Shown: in pieces, positions 10,338-19,211 of the stretch
Position numbering within the stretch: position 1 is the stretch's first letter
Layout: each line of letters begins with the position of its first letter
Assembly (NCBI GenBank): GCA_050952625.1
Contig: JBMNLH010000001.1
Location: 64,001-128,000, forward strand
DNA length: 64,000 nucleotides
From: Bacillota bacterium
Lineage (GTDB): Bacteria > Bacillota > Ch66 > Ch109
Direction: 5' to 3'
The notes under the pieces: model-generated
The model's input: the letters and a program-made list of their open reading frames with translations, nothing else
The model's database searches: none
What the model was told of the DNA's origin: nothing
Translations under genes and position numbers: made by a program

Positions 10338-11297
10338 TTGCTAATGTCAGAAGTTAAACTTTATCCAAGCTTTCAGGGACGCGACTTTATTTGTATGGCT
10401 GATTATACCCAGGAAGAGATCTACCAGATCTTTGAAGTCGCTCAGTCACTTAAGGAAAAACAGCGGCGACGCGAACCCCATCCTTTGTTAGCCGGTAAGA
10501 CGATGGGGATGATCTTTACCAAAAGTTCAACGCGGACCCGGGTCTCTTTTGAGGTCGGTATCTACCAATTAGGGGGATACGGACTTTTTCTCAGTGCTAA
10601 TGATATTCAACTAGGGCGGGGTGAGACCATTCATGATACCGCCAAGACCCTGTCGCGCTATCTGGATGGGATTATGATCCGTACTTTTGCCCATCAAGAT
10701 GTGCTTGATCTAGCTAAATACGCTTCGATTCCAGTCATTAACGGATTAACGGACTTGCTGCACCCTTGTCAAATCATGGGTGACTTTTTGACGATCTTGG
10801 AAAAGAAGGGACAACTCCAAGGTTTGAAATTAGCTTTTATTGGCGATGGAAATAATATCGCTCATTCCCTGCTGATCGGTGGAGCCAAGGTGGGCATGGA
10901 CGTGGTCATTGCCTGTCCGGTGAGTTATGAACCGGATTCGGCCATTTATCAACAGGCCAGTGCTATTGCCGGAACGACCGGAGCTCGGTTGCAAGTGGTC
11001 CATGACCCACGGGAAGCCGTCGTCGGGGCCGATGTTGTTTACACAGATGTTTGGGCCAGTATGGGGCAGGAAAAGGAAAGAGACAAGCGGATTCAGGATT
11101 TTGCTGGTTACTGCGTTGATGCCCAGTTATTAAAACTGGCTAAAGCGGAAGCGATTGTGATGCACTGTCTGCCCGCTCACCGGGGAGAAGAGATTACGGA
11201 TGAGGTCATGGATGGGCCACAATCAGTTGTTTTTGATGAAGCAGAAAATCGCTTGCATATTCAAAAGGCGATCATGGCTTTGGTGATGGCTTCATAA
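10338..11297 (+). CDS. argF: Ornithine carbamoyltransferase
   Basis: STRTR, HPCQ, DGNN, DVWASMG, HCLP, EAENRLH. Confidence 0.97.
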   Translation: MLMSEVKLYPSFQGRDFICMADYTQEEIYQIFEVAQSLKEKQRRREPHPLLAGKTMGMIFTKSSTRTRVSFEVGIYQLGGYGLFLSANDIQLGRGETIHDTAKTLSRYLDGIMIRTFAHQDVLDLAKYASIPVINGLTDLLHPCQIMGDFLTILEKKGQLQGLKLAFIGDGNNIAHSLLIGGAKVGMDVVIACPVSYEPDSAIYQQASAIAGTTGARLQVVHDPREAVVGADVVYTDVWASMGQEKERDKRIQDFAGYCVDAQLLKLAKAEAIVMHCLPAHRGEEITDEVMDGPQSVVFDEAENRLHIQKAIMALVMAS

Positions 11298-11596
11298 CTC
11301 AAATGAAATGAATTAGTTATTTAGTGCTCTGTATTCATAATTCATCATCGTTTTTAACTAAAAATACTTGTGAAAATAGCTAGGTAGTTTTAATATTGAG
11401 AAGGGGTTAGTCTTAGCCGAGAGAGATGGAGAGTATTTGGGCGATAATGGAAAAAAATCAAACCTTTTGTTTGACAGGTATCCAGTTAAAGACTAAAATT
11501 AGGTCGATATTGATAGCGGCGATTTTCGACAGACGGATGTTGATTTTCGCAAATTAATTTAAATGGTAGCTTAAGAATGCAGGAGGCGAATTAGAT

Positions 11597-12910
11597 TTGG
11601 CTCGAAGAAAGGTCTTAATCATGGGGGCCGCCGGTCGCGATTTTCACAACTTTAATGTGTTTTTTCGGGGTAATGCGGATTATGAAGTGGTTGCTTTTAC
11701 CGCCACCCAAATCCCGGATATTGAAGGTCGGGTTTATCCGAAAGAGTTAAGTGGGGAGCTTTATCCCGAGGGGATTCCCATCTATGCCGAGGAAGAACTA
11801 GTTTCTTTAATCAAGAAGCTTCAGGTAGATGAGGTAGTGTTTGCCTATAGTGATGTCACCCACGAATACGTTATGCATAAGGCTTCGACGGTCCTAGCCG
11901 CTGGTGCTGATTACCGCTTGATGGGGCCGCAATCGACCATGCTTAAATCCACTAAACCCATCGTGGCGGTCACGGCCGTGCGGACCGGCAGCGGTAAGAG
12001 CCAGACGACCCGTAAGGTCTGTGATACCTTAAAAGCCATGGGGAAAAAAGTAGTGGCGGTTCGGCATCCAATGCCCTATGGAGATTTAACCAAGCAAATT
12101 TGTCAGCGGTTTGCCACCTATGCTGACTTGGACCATTATGAATGCACCATTGAAGAGCGGGAAGAATACGAACCCCATCTTGATCGGGGCGTTGTTGTCT
12201 ACGCCGGGGTAGATTATGAAAAAATTCTCCGGGAAGCGGAAAAGGAAGCCGATGTAGTCGTCTGGGATGGAGGAAATAACGACATCCCGTTTTTTGCCCC
12301 GGACATTCATATCGCCGTTGTTGACCCGCACCGACCAGGGCATGAACTAGCCTATCATCCAGGAGAAACCAATCTCCGGATGGCTGGAGTAATAATCATT
12401 AACAAGATGGAGACTGCCTCACCCGAAGGAATTGATATAGTCCGTAAGAGCATTGAAGAAGCTAACCCGGAAGCACTGATCATTGAAGCTGCCTCACCAA
12501 TCTTTACTGAAGAACCTCAGAAGATTAAAGGTAAGCGAGTACTGGTCATTGAAGATGGCCCTACCTTGACGCATGGTGAAATGACTTACGGGGCCGGAGT
12601 AATTGCGGCTAAGCGATTTGGGGCCGCCGAAATAATTGATCCCCGACCCTATGCGGTCGAATCAATTAAGGAAACTTACCGCAAGTATCCCAATATCGGA
12701 ATTTTGCTGCCGGCGATGGGCTATGGAGCCAAGCAGATTCATGATCTTGAAGAAACAATTAATCGTGTTGACTGTGATACAGTAATCATTGCCACCCCAA
12801 TTGATCTTTCCCGGGTCGCCAAGATTAATAAGCCAGCAGTCCGGATTAAGTATGAACTGCAGGAAATTGGTTTACCTAACCTGTTCGATGTGTTAGACCG
12901 GCTAAAGTAG
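11597..12910 (+). CDS. arcE: Arginine synthetase (ArcE-type P-loop ligase; often annotated as predicted GTPase or cyclic 2,3-diphosphoglycerate synthase-like)
   Basis: GAAGRDFHNFN N-terminus, P-loop AVRTGSGKSQT, RHPMPYG, CTIEEREEYE, WDGGNND, EDGPTLTHG and LPAMGY, recognised from memory of the Thermococcus ArcE family. Lies directly after argF. Confidence 0.8.
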   Translation: MARRKVLIMGAAGRDFHNFNVFFRGNADYEVVAFTATQIPDIEGRVYPKELSGELYPEGIPIYAEEELVSLIKKLQVDEVVFAYSDVTHEYVMHKASTVLAAGADYRLMGPQSTMLKSTKPIVAVTAVRTGSGKSQTTRKVCDTLKAMGKKVVAVRHPMPYGDLTKQICQRFATYADLDHYECTIEEREEYEPHLDRGVVVYAGVDYEKILREAEKEADVVVWDGGNNDIPFFAPDIHIAVVDPHRPGHELAYHPGETNLRMAGVIIINKMETASPEGIDIVRKSIEEANPEALIIEAASPIFTEEPQKIKGKRVLVIEDGPTLTHGEMTYGAGVIAAKRFGAAEIIDPRPYAVESIKETYRKYPNIGILLPAMGYGAKQIHDLEETINRVDCDTVIIATPIDLSRVAKINKPAVRIKYELQEIGLPNLFDVLDRLK

Positions 12911-12920
12911 GCTAGTTAAC

Positions 12921-12960
12921 GCTTGGTTTTAACTCGGTCAGCAGGCTAAACCGGGAACGA
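12921..12960 (+). repeat. Dispersed repeat family A (GCTTGTGTTTTAAxTCGGTCAGCAG core)
   Basis: About 40 bp near-identical to 32981-33021. Related copies at 7992-8014(-), 21315, 21793 and 35541-35564(-). Confidence 0.65.
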
Positions 12961-13247
12961 AAATATATGATGTAAACCGCTAATCGCTGACCTTTGTTAA
13001 AAACAAGGTACGATTGATTTATGGAAGAATTAACCTTAGATGAGCTGAATCGGGAGTCGGGCCTGGCAGCAGATAGCCGGTCCGAATTCTGGTTTGAAGC
13101 GGGAGTTTATGAAGCAATTCCGTCTAGAAACTCTGTCTAGCTGTTCGTCAGGTTCCGGGCGGTCCTGGTCCGGATCAGGTGCGAACAGCGCGCATCTCAC
13201 GCCCGACATTGTTTGTTAAAAGACTAAGCAAGGATTTGTCCTGCTGT

Positions 13248-13448
13248 CTATTTTTTTAGATAAATTACCTTTCCAGTGTCTGGATTAAAGGCCGGGCTTT
13301 TATTCGGACCTAGATCTCCTTTTGCAGCCAAATATGTATCAGGATCAAAGCTCGGGTTGGTGAAGAGTTGATGAAGAACAGCTAATTCTTCATCAGATAA
13401 AATATCGCGAGTATTTATTAATGATTTAGTGTCTGACTTATTCATCAA
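13248..13448 (-). CDS. Small hypothetical protein
   Basis: 66 aa ORF with AAGGAGG RBS, in tandem with the 47 aa ORF upstream. Confidence 0.6.
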   Translation of the reverse strand: MMNKSDTKSLINTRDILSDEELAVLHQLFTNPSFDPDTYLAAKGDLGPNKSPAFNPDTGKVIYLKK

Positions 13449-13510
13449 TTAATCCTCCTTAATGATATTCTGTTACTAACTGTATATACTAAAAGTGCAG
13501 AGGCTATCAT

Positions 13511-13654
13511 TTAATAACCCATCTGATTGATAGCTAAAACCACCAGAGATACCAAGCCAATCATAAAAAAAGCACTAAAGGTAGCCCAAATTGTCCGACG
13601 ATAAACCCTTTTGTAATATTGATACTTTTCGGGTAATGAATTTGGATTTGCCAT
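13511..13654 (-). CDS. Small single-TM membrane protein (47 aa) downstream of c-di-GMP riboswitch
   Basis: MANPNSLPEKYQYYKRVYRRTIWATFSAFFMIGLVSLVVLAINQMGY* with AAGGGAGG RBS. Not in the ORF track. Confidence 0.7.
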   Translation of the reverse strand: MANPNSLPEKYQYYKRVYRRTIWATFSAFFMIGLVSLVVLAINQMGY

Positions 13655-13680
13655 GTCTTGATCCTCCCTTAATTTATCGG

Positions 13681-13713
13681 AAAAATAAAAATACCCGGTA
13701 TTAGTACCAGGGC
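13681..13713 (-). terminator. Intrinsic terminator (riboswitch expression platform)
   Basis: Minus strand gccctggtactaataccgggt hairpin followed by a T-rich tail, between the aptamer and the RBS. Confidence 0.65.
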
Positions 13714-13756
13714 ATGCTAAAATTGGTCAAATTCCTGTCAATATTGACCCTTTTTG

Positions 13757-13836
13757 TGGCAACCCGGCTATCATAGGCTTTTCAGCCCTTAGACCCGTAG
13801 CTTTGCGTCATACCTTTTCAGGTATTTTGCCCTTAG
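13757..13836 (-). ncRNA. Cyclic di-GMP-I (GEMM) riboswitch
   Basis: Minus strand AAGGGCAAAATACCTGAAAAGGTATGACGCAAAGCTACGGGTCTAAGGGCTGAAAAGCCTATGATAGCCGGGTTGCC has the GGCAAA..GAAA..GACGCAAAGC..GGGTCTAA..ATGAYAGCC..GTTGCC consensus. Confidence 0.92.
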
Positions 13837-14049
13837 CACTAAATAATAAATGTCTTTAATATATCCTATCAAAACCTGACTAATTTATCAAGGAAATGTT
13901 TGACAAGATTTTGCATATTTCTAGCAAAATCTTCCCAAACAAGTAATTGACACGGTAAAGACGGGTTCAGCAAAAACTGCCTCCCTTGACATATTTCCGG
14001 TTGTCCGGTAATTTAGATTATAAGAGAAAATATAAGAGCTAATGGAGGA

Positions 14050-14406
14050 ATGGTTATGCCTACTTATACCTTTGATTGTCCTAATTGTGGCCGGTTTGAT
14101 ATATCACTCAGGATGTCCTCGCCAAACTTGGACGAATGTCCAACCTGTCAAAGCCCAGTAAAAAAGGTTTTTTTACCGCAACGAGCTATCTTTCGCGGTG
14201 GACTTCCTAGCAACAGCTACGAGCGGCGGTATAGTTTCTTAAACATGGATAAACTAGCTTCTGGTAAAGTTACTCCCCAGGAAATGATGGAGGAATATAA
14301 AATAAAACGCTGGGGTGAAAAAGCTACTCCAGAACAAATCCTTGGGGATTTCAAACGCGAGTTAGATGAACAAGATCACCGTATAAAAAATTTGGAAACG
14401 GTTTAA
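14050..14406 (+). CDS. FmdB family zinc-ribbon protein with C-terminal extension
   Basis: MPTYTFDCPNCG...CPTCQSPVKKVF pattern; GGAGG RBS. Confidence 0.75.
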   Translation: MVMPTYTFDCPNCGRFDISLRMSSPNLDECPTCQSPVKKVFLPQRAIFRGGLPSNSYERRYSFLNMDKLASGKVTPQEMMEEYKIKRWGEKATPEQILGDFKRELDEQDHRIKNLETV

Positions 14407-14424
14407 CCGGCAGCCAAATTGCCT

Positions 14425-14850
14425 CTAGGAATTGCTTAATTCATTAAAGTACTTATTGTTTGTTTTTTCCTCGTTTAAACCCAGCCACTCAATAATGAGG
14501 GCATGCATTGATTCGATCACCTTAGCGGTTTCCAGGCCAAGTTTATTTGCTTCGTCTATACTGTTTTGCAATCGGTCAGTTGGCCAGTAAACATAACCAT
14601 CCTGCGGACCACGATACTTAGCTTCGTCAACGATTTTCAAAACCGCTGGATCGGTTATTTTTTTTCGGCCTCGTTGCAATATTTGGATAGTAGTTGGGTT
14701 AATATTAGCAAAAACATAAAACATTTCACGGGTGACGCTGTTACCCATTATCCTGATTTCCCGCTCTACTCTAACTTGGGAGTAAGGACAGCCATCACCC
14801 CAGAGACCTAGAATTAGTTCTCTCCTTTCTTTTTCAGGCTTCTTTTTCAT
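14425..14850 (-). CDS. Hypothetical protein
   Basis: 141 aa ORF from ATG14850 with AGGAGG RBS; no recognised motif. Confidence 0.55.
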   Translation of the reverse strand: MKKKPEKERRELILGLWGDGCPYSQVRVEREIRIMGNSVTREMFYVFANINPTTIQILQRGRKKITDPAVLKIVDEAKYRGPQDGYVYWPTDRLQNSIDEANKLGLETAKVIESMHALIIEWLGLNEEKTNNKYFNELSNS

Positions 14851-15133
14851 ATTATCCCTCCTACCAAGCATACCGTTTTCCCAATTTTCCGAATATAACA
14901 TTCGATATTACTGGCTAAGTTTCCTTCTGGTTGAAGAATATTTTTGTGAATTTTTTGACGATAATTCCCATATGATTGGTTTTCGTCCCAAGACCGGGGT
15001 CTCATTTTTATTAAAAACACCCTAATTTTGGTGTAATTTCTGGGAAATCAGGAGGAAATCATTTGTACCCGTCGAACTTAGGTTGAATGAAAGTAGAGAA
15101 GGACATAAATCTTGGAATGAATTGGAGAGGTTT

Positions 15134-16213
15134 ATGAGGAAAATAAGGACTGCAGAAATATCACCGGGAATGATCTTGGCCAAAGATGTCTTTTCCCATG
15201 AGAACATTCTATTTCTGGCCCAGGGAATTGAATTAACCACGAGTCATCGAGAAGCATTAATCTCACAAGGTGTAGAATATGTCCATATTTGCCTTTCGGA
15301 ACCGAGCCAAGAAGAAAGCTTGCGGGACAATAAGATTAACTTACAGGAAAAACGCTTTGAAAAGACCTATTGGGAAGCAATCCATAGAATCGAATCTGTT
15401 ATCAAGCAGCTAATCTATCAACAAAGACTGGTTGAAGCAGAATTAAGAGATGCAGCGCAGAATCTCTTTCCACTTATATCGGCTGATTCAAATGTTTTGT
15501 ATCTACTGAAAAAAGCCAAGCAGCAGAGTGATTCAATTTTTACCCATTTAATAGGAGTAGGCGTCTTTTCCATGCTGTTAGGAAAGTGGCTAAATTATAA
15601 TGAATCTTCCCTGGTCGAGGTTGGACTAGCGGGGATTATCCATGATATAGGCAAATGTTATGTTCCCTTTCAGATATTAAATAAACAGGGCTCTTTAAGT
15701 CCAGAGGAATGCAGACTGCTGAAAAAGCACACTGAATACGGTTTTAACCTTGCCCTGGAGTCAGACATTAGAAGTGTTGCAATTTTATCGGCTATTCTGC
15801 AGCACCATGAACGATTAGATGGCAGCGGCTATCCTTTTGGTTTACGCGGCAGTCAAATCAATGAAGCGGCCCGGGTGGTGATGGTTGCCGATATTTTTGA
15901 GGCCATGTTGGCTAATCGGTCTTATCGAAAAGGCTTAACCTCTTTGGCGGTAATTGAAGAAATAAGATTACTGACTTACGGAAAACTGGACCCGACTATA
16001 ACCACTGCTTTCTTGTATCGGATAATTGATAGTCTTATCGGCTGTCGAGTCAAGCTTAGCAATGGGGCAATTGGAGAGATTATTTATATTGATCGCCATC
16101 GCCCCAATCAACCAATGGTTAAGGCCGGGAATCAAATCTATGACCTGCGGACGATCCATAGCCTGACGATTATCGAGGAGTTTGTTGACGGGGACACGCC
16201 ATCAATTGCGTAG
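15134..16213 (+). CDS. HD-GYP domain phosphodiesterase
   Basis: PGMILAKDV N-terminus, HDIGK, HHERLDGSGYPFGL, VADIFEAM, YRKG. Confidence 0.92.
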   Translation: MRKIRTAEISPGMILAKDVFSHENILFLAQGIELTTSHREALISQGVEYVHICLSEPSQEESLRDNKINLQEKRFEKTYWEAIHRIESVIKQLIYQQRLVEAELRDAAQNLFPLISADSNVLYLLKKAKQQSDSIFTHLIGVGVFSMLLGKWLNYNESSLVEVGLAGIIHDIGKCYVPFQILNKQGSLSPEECRLLKKHTEYGFNLALESDIRSVAILSAILQHHERLDGSGYPFGLRGSQINEAARVVMVADIFEAMLANRSYRKGLTSLAVIEEIRLLTYGKLDPTITTAFLYRIIDSLIGCRVKLSNGAIGEIIYIDRHRPNQPMVKAGNQIYDLRTIHSLTIIEEFVDGDTPSIA

Positions 16214-16344
16214 CTCCTCTTTTTTTGTATCCACTTTGGATGCCTGGATGAGCAACTTAAGCGATTTTCTGGAAGTCTTAGGAATAAGGCTTTTCGGTTA
16301 AGTCAATACTTTAATGTAGAGAAGATTGGAGGTGAATTATTTTT

Positions 16345-17262
16345 ATGTTTTCCGCCGGAGTTGCCCCTTTGGGTAACGAAAAAGAAATTGATCAGGAAAA
16401 TTTGGAGGCAAATATTGACTTTGAACACAACTTACCCGATATAGAATCGGAAACTGATTCTAAAAAAGTTGCGCCTGAAAGAGTTTTTGGCGGTTGGGAT
16501 GTCCTGGATCCGCTGTTAAAGCAGCTTATATTGGAGAATAATGAATTGCCGCGTAAAGAACGGCAGCCGATTATTAACTTGCTAAAAGAATTTGCCTTGG
16601 CGCACCATAAATCATTACGCAGCGTTCAGGCTCGTTACTATCAGGTAATTAAGAAGGAGTTGGATAAAGAAAAAAGAGCTGAAGAGATAGAAGATATAGA
16701 GAATCGAACGGTGGAAACGGTCCAAATGCTTCCTTGTAATTACCCTAAAGTTGGTGACATTGTAAATGCGCGAGTCGTCAACCTTATTGATTACGGAGTT
16801 TTTATGGAAACGGATACTGGTTATACTGGCTTTTTGCGCATGGGTGATGTCACCTCTGATGAATGGCTTTCTGGCCGAAACGATTTGGAACGCTATTTTT
16901 ACCAGGGTGAGAAGGTTAAAGTCAAGGTTATTAAGGTAGTTGACGATAAAATCTACTTTTCAACCAAGGCTATTGGAGGCAAGAAGCCGCATCGTCTGGA
17001 ACAGCCAAATATTATTGGGCTAAAGATTGCCAAAGGGAGTCCTGTTGAAGCAGAACTTAATGAACTAGTAAGATTGCTTACATCCAGGGTTGGCCCGGTT
17101 TCAGAAGCCTGTAAGTCCGTCTTAAGTGAATTGCTTTTAACTTATGGACCGGTTCGGGTAACGGCCAGAATTTTAGAAGGCTTAGCTGAATTTGATCAGG
17201 GCTTTTGGTTGGCACGTCAAGCCAAAGACTATTTGGACGGAGAATTTAATCGACTGAATTAG
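16345..17262 (+). CDS. S1 RNA-binding domain protein with helical N-terminal (possibly RsfA/SANT-like) region
   Basis: KVGDIVNARVVNLIDYGVFM...GFLRMGDV...GEKVKVKVIKV...FSTK is an S1 domain. Confidence 0.7.
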   Translation: MFSAGVAPLGNEKEIDQENLEANIDFEHNLPDIESETDSKKVAPERVFGGWDVLDPLLKQLILENNELPRKERQPIINLLKEFALAHHKSLRSVQARYYQVIKKELDKEKRAEEIEDIENRTVETVQMLPCNYPKVGDIVNARVVNLIDYGVFMETDTGYTGFLRMGDVTSDEWLSGRNDLERYFYQGEKVKVKVIKVVDDKIYFSTKAIGGKKPHRLEQPNIIGLKIAKGSPVEAELNELVRLLTSRVGPVSEACKSVLSELLLTYGPVRVTARILEGLAEFDQGFWLARQAKDYLDGEFNRLN

Positions 17263-17303
17263 ACTGAATTAACTAAGAAAAAGTTAATTAATCCGGTAAT
17301 AAC

Positions 17304-17345
17304 AAGAAGGCTTAAAGCCCTAACTGGGTCTGTTAAGCCTTCTTA
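17304..17345. terminator. Bidirectional intrinsic terminator
   Basis: aagaaggcttaa ... ttaagccttctt inverted repeat between convergent genes. Confidence 0.7.
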
Positions 17346-17389
17346 ATCTGAGTTCAAAAGCCCTTTACTTCGTAAGTGAGGGTTACCTA

Positions 17390-18007
17390 CTAATCTAAAG
17401 GCACTAACTCAGCTTTGATCGGGGGCTGTTCGCTTTGATAAGATGTCCACCAGGGGTGGCCTTTTTCCCAGACACAGCTTCTTCCTTTTTCTTGATTTAG
17501 AATTACTGAATTTGGCTGAGTTAACCGGTGACCAGATAATTGTTTCTGACTGGAACTGATATCAAAAAATTCAAGACTATACAAGGAACATTCCCAAAAC
17601 TCATTTAGAGCAATATCCGGTTGATTATCAGCGTTAAAAGTACTGCCCCCGATTATTTGTAAATCATCTGAGTAATTAACGGTTAATTTTTGGATACCCG
17701 GAAAGAGTTCGCAACCGTTGCGGTCATAGACTTCCAGGTGCCAGAGGTTATCCCCCAAAATTTGGTGAGTCAGGGTCATCTCCAGCTCATTGACGAGCAG
17801 CCAAGGCGGGTCATTATGCTTTATGTGGTCTGCCCGTTGATAGACCTTAACCTGCCACTTATCGCCATCATCCCAGTCTGGTTTGGGTGAAATCAACCAG
17901 TTAAAGCCAAGGTACAGAACACCAAGCATCACGACTAAGCCTAAACCATACCCAATCCATTTTCTTGGTAATTTTAAGTTAATTGTTTTGAAAAGTTCCA
18001 TTCTCAT
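17390..18007 (-). CDS. Hypothetical protein with N-terminal membrane anchor
   Basis: Hydrophobic WIGYGLGLVVMLGVLYLGFNWLI; starts 1 nt after the upstream gene stop. Confidence 0.7.
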   Translation of the reverse strand: MRMELFKTINLKLPRKWIGYGLGLVVMLGVLYLGFNWLISPKPDWDDGDKWQVKVYQRADHIKHNDPPWLLVNELEMTLTHQILGDNLWHLEVYDRNGCELFPGIQKLTVNYSDDLQIIGGSTFNADNQPDIALNEFWECSLYSLEFFDISSSQKQLSGHRLTQPNSVILNQEKGRSCVWEKGHPWWTSYQSEQPPIKAELVPLD

Positions 18008-18008
18008 C

Positions 18009-19136
18009 TTACCCCCTTCCGCTAATTATTTGGTCAATCAGTCTTCGACTTAGGACCTGGTGCTGGGTAGCTGAAGCCGGATACCAGAGAAAATCAGGAT
18101 GATCCCGGCGACTGTCACCCACGGTATTCCATCCGCCATCAATGGACCTTTCCCAGCCGCCGGCTGTTGGACGACGCTGATCGCCAGTGATCCAGTAATA
18201 GTAAACCTTCATTGAGGATCTAGTGCCCTGGTAATCTGGATGGGCCGTATAAGCAAACCAGACTCGGCAACGGACATGGGTGCGGTCCGGCTGGTTTCGG
18301 TCCGGCTGGTACTCCATTTGGTAACGGTAAGCCGGGTAGTTCCAGATTTGCGGACTGTTGGTTTCTTGCGTCCCGCCTCGGATATCCATAATTATGGGTC
18401 GGCGTTTCTCACCAATAAAGTCAATCAGCACGCGGTGAAACTGGTGGGGGTAGATATCGTCAATATCATCCCCGGGGCCGTCATAGCGGCTCCCATAAAA
18501 CGCGACCGCCGGGTCCCACCAGTGCCATTCCGCCAAAAGCCCTTTCATATCGCTCGGGTTAAATTGAATTCCGGCCAGGGTCCGTGCGCTTTGGGGTTCG
18601 GGTTCCAAGACGGAGGCGGCGGCCCAGCCATTGCAATGACCAAACCATTCTTCACCTGGTCCATCAGCGTAATGATGCTGCCTTTCCCAGGCGCGGCTTT
18701 CTGGATTAGGCAATCCCTGGGCGACAGCGAGAGCATCATATTTGTCCATGGGCCCTCGGGGATCATAAAGGTGATAAGGCAAACTAACGTGGAATGGCCA
18801 CCACCAACCAGACCAAGGTAAGTTTTGCACTTCTCCTTGATAGATAAGGTTTCCGGGATCGGTTTGAGTTGTAATGAGCTCTGGATTTAAGGGATCGGTC
18901 TGAGTCGTAAGCAGTTCAGGGTTTAAGGGATCGGTTTGAGTCGTAAGGAGTTCAGGGTTTAAGGGATCGGTCTGAGCGGACGGCACAACTTCTGGCGGTG
19001 GGTCAAAGTTAAGGACATTACCGTACCAAAGTGCCAGGCAAATCAGGCAAATGCCCGTGATGCTCAATATGGCAACCTTGGCTATCGCTGGAATACTCTT
19101 TAAAGCAGGTAGGAAAGAAGGTTTTTTTCGTTCCAT
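18009..19136 (-). CDS. Membrane-anchored transglutaminase-elicitor-like (papain-fold Cys) protein
   Basis: N-terminal TM, 12-aa repeats, then PWSGWWWP, PMDKYD, WFGHCNGWAAASVLEPEP, PHQFH and IWNYP motifs resembling TGase_elicitor proteins. Confidence 0.6.
   Translation of the reverse strand: MERKKPSFLPALKSIPAIAKVAILSITGICLICLALWYGNVLNFDPPPEVVPSAQTDPLNPELLTTQTDPLNPELLTTQTDPLNPELITTQTDPGNLIYQGEVQNLPWSGWWWPFHVSLPYHLYDPRGPMDKYDALAVAQGLPNPESRAWERQHHYADGPGEEWFGHCNGWAAASVLEPEPQSARTLAGIQFNPSDMKGLLAEWHWWDPAVAFYGSRYDGPGDDIDDIYPHQFHRVLIDFIGEKRRPIIMDIRGGTQETNSPQIWNYPAYRYQMEYQPDRNQPDRTHVRCRVWFAYTAHPDYQGTRSSMKVYYYWITGDQRRPTAGGWERSIDGGWNTVGDSRRDHPDFLWYPASATQHQVLSRRLIDQIISGRG
18855..18976 (-). repeat. 36-bp coding tandem repeat (QTDPLNPELLTT x about 3.3)
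   Basis: Visible in the translation and as recurring gggatcggt(t/c)tgag in the DNA. Confidence 0.9.
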
Positions 19137-19211
19137 TAGCTCACGCCTCCATAAAATCATCCTTTCTTAGAATTTATTACGCTAACTTAAAACTTAGAAT
19201 AAATTATTAAA

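Noticed and set aside
11300-11350. Possible ArgR boxes after argF and before argC
   Set aside because: Half-site spacing and identity do not fit TGCAT-N4-ATGCA convincingly in AT-rich DNA.
11597-12910. Annotation as cyclic 2,3-diphosphoglycerate synthase or generic GTPase
   Set aside because: No 2-phosphoglycerate kinase is adjacent; the motifs and position after argF fit arginine synthetase better.
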